Assembly: GCA_002269645.1 (NCBI GenBank)
Contig: NIVC01001401.1
Coordinates: forward strand, 232,717-296,716
DNA length: 64,000 nt
Reading direction: 5' to 3'
From: Macrostomum lignano
Lineage: Eukaryota
Shown here: positions 61,516 through 64,000 of the stretch, piece by piece
How positions within the stretch are numbered: the first letter of the stretch is position 1
Layout of the letters: every line of letters starts with the position of its first letter
The notes under the pieces: generated by a model
Told to the model about the DNA's origin: nothing
Database searches by the model: none
Seen by the model: the letters and a program-made list of their open reading frames with translations, nothing else
Made by a program: the position numbers and the translations under genes

Positions 61516-61656
61516 CTTGGGAATCACTTAGCCATTTCTATTGGCAACATACATATGTAAGTTGCTATTAGCTAAGAGTAGTCACATGACAACTATTCCA
61601 TCTAATGACAACTTACATATGTGTTGCCAATAGAAATAGCCAGGTGAATCCCTAGG
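61516..61656. repeat. About 55-bp imperfect inverted repeat (MITE-like palindrome)
   Basis: ...GCCATTTCTATTGGCAACATACATATGTAAGTTG... pairs with ...CAACTTACATATGTGTTGCCAATAGAAATAGCC...; loop about 30 nt. Confidence 0.8.
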
Positions 61657-64000
61657 TTGCGCCCCAGCATGTCTATACTTTTCATATAGCTGCTTATGAA
61701 TTTTAAAAAAATTAAAATTAAAAATAAAATTAAAATTAAAAAACACAGTAGAACATAAACTATGCTAATAGCCATTTGATTAGATTATATGTAAAAAGTT
61801 TTTAAAATTATTATTTATTACTTTTTTAGCTTGTAAATTGCTTAGATGACCTGCGTTTCACTAAAAAGATAGGAAAAGCAAAGACAATGTATTATAATAT
61901 AGTCTATTTTTTAAAAGTTCAAGATTTTTGTATTTTCTATAAGGCCTATTAACTTTAAATTAATAGATTAATGCTTATTAATGCTCAATTTTTAGTTAAT
62001 TTATTAAAGAATTAATATGTTAGGATTTTGTTTTAATGCTAACACTAACACTATTTATTGCCATTATGGCATTAATAGAAGTTAAGATTTTCATTAACAC
62101 TTATTTATTAACACTATTTTTAAAGTCATTAACACTGACCCAACACTGATTTATAGGCCTATATATAATCATAAATATAAGTATAACACCAAAGCAGAAA
62201 CATTGCCTACAAAACTTAGAAGTCTAATTTATCTATTATAGGCCCTACTTAAAAAATATTGAATAAGTGCCATGGCCAGATACAAAATAATTGCTATAAA
62301 TTCATAATTCATTTCAAAGTAAAAGCATTATTAGCCAACTTAGTAGGTTAGGTCAGGTCAGGTTAGGCCTAGGTGGCCCTTGCTTTTTTATAAATCAGAA
62401 CTGCAGGCTAAAAGAAACAGCTTGCAGACTATTCATCAAGTTAATATGTCTAAGCATAGCCTATCTAAGTCAAGCCTAGCCTAATATGTGCAAGTGACAA
62501 GTTAGTTGCTTGCAACCATTGGCATTACATTAGGACCATGGAGCAAATATTCCTAGGCCTACCTAAGCTTAATAAAGGCTAAATCAAAGCCACTGACACA
62601 AATCAATAATGAATTGATATTTTATCTGCATAGTCTGCATAGCTAATACTAAATTAAGCTAGTTAGACTTCACTCGTGCATGCATTCTCACAGTCATCAA
62701 AGTTACATAATAGGCATAAAATAGTCATATCTAGGCCTATAGATCATAGGACATAAAGATTAGATTAATGGCTAATATTAGACCCATAAGGCCCTAAAGC
62801 AGGCAAACAAGCGTATTAACTTAGGACAGAGAAACGAAGAACTTATTAAAAACCGACCATTGACTATATGAATTTTAGACTTAGTTAGAAATTGCATACA
62901 AGCAAGCAATCAAGCAATTACTAGACTTTTTAAGTTTTGGTGAAGAAACGGCGAAAATCGGTTGAGCCTTTCGGGAGATAATCGATTGCATACATACAAG
63001 CAATTTTTGTATATTAGATTCAATTACTCGTTTGTGCTTAAGTGTTTTTTATGTATTGTGAACTCGAATCGATAGGTTATTAGGCTTTGCATTAATGCAC
63101 GCATTAAGCATAAGGGCCTATCATTGATTTATAATAACAACTCACGGAATATTAAGCACGTTTTAAATGGGATTAAAACACAATTAAAAACTTTTCGTTT
63201 CTATATTAAATACCGTTTTAGCAAGTGCAAAATATTTTTATTTTAAAATAAAAAAACATACTTCTTCAGTTTAAATGAGTGAAGACGATTTTTCTAAAAA
63301 AATTCTTATCAGTTGTAACCAGGAGTGGAACTCGGCTTTGGTTTGGTTTCAATCGAATTCTGATAATTTCACTTTATAACCAAGCCAAAAGACCTCCATG
63401 ATCTTAATAAATCTGATCTTCATAATTCGACGCAAAAAGTAGACTTTATTTGCTTGGTTTCGCATTTTGTCGAATTCGTGGATAGAGTTGTTACTATTGA
63501 ATATAATTTGCAAAAGTATATTTTTGCTTTCGGCTTATGCTGGAAGTACAGGATCATATATATATATTCCCAATTGACATACTTAGCTAAACTAATGTTA
63601 ACTGAATTCTTGCACATACTGAATGTCCCATGGATAATGTACATGTGAAATGTTTTATGTAATTTTCATGTAAACCGTAAATTTTATCAAAGTGATTTCT
63701 TTTTCATAATCTTTTGGTTTCCTTCATAGGATTATAGAAATCATAAGCAAATTAGAGTATGAGCAAATTAGAATATGTATGTGAAAGCCGTCTTTGTTTT
63801 ATGTATGCTTTATATTACGTCAAAGTTGGTTGACTGCATGTACCTATATTGTGCTATCGTGTTTATACATGCGTGTGATCGTTCTTTTTGTACATATTTT
63901 TCTATAATTTTTAACTATCTTTCAATTTTTCCATTACCAAATTTCAGCCAAGAAATTAATAATCCAATGCCTGAAGAGAGTACAACGAAGAAAAATAAGC

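Overview
Eukaryotic animal DNA with GC-rich, Gln/Ala-rich exons, GT-AG introns and minisatellite-filled introns. The style resembles the flatworm Macrostomum lignano, but that is an inference and is not shown by the sequence. I could build nine protein-coding loci by hand. On the + strand: a 5'-truncated SOCS7-like gene, CDK5RAP1, a small EF-hand-like ORF and an intronless secreted LamG/ConA-like gene. On the - strand: NOG1/GTPBP4, RECQL5, a frameshifted and partly duplicated FHIP1/FAM160A, PMPCA and MRPS26. Mobile DNA comprises a 3'-truncated Mag-like Ty3/Gypsy element with one 199-bp LTR, a 5'-truncated LOA/R1-like LINE, a P-element transposase remnant, a CORE-SINE, a second tRNA-derived SINE family and two MITE-like palindromes. 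Most long repetitive ORFs in the track are artefacts of about 25 tandem arrays. The most interesting signals are: (i) four introns bounded by 7-9-nt direct repeats, one of them GC-AG; (ii) a minisatellite made of tandem copies of a functional 3' splice site; (iii) CDK5RAP1 lacks an in-frame ATG but has an in-frame AG, which fits a spliced-leader-supplied AUG; (iv) a shared TGACA core in many different arrays; (v) retroelements sitting inside or in the terminal units of minisatellites. All exon models are manual and unverified by RNA data.
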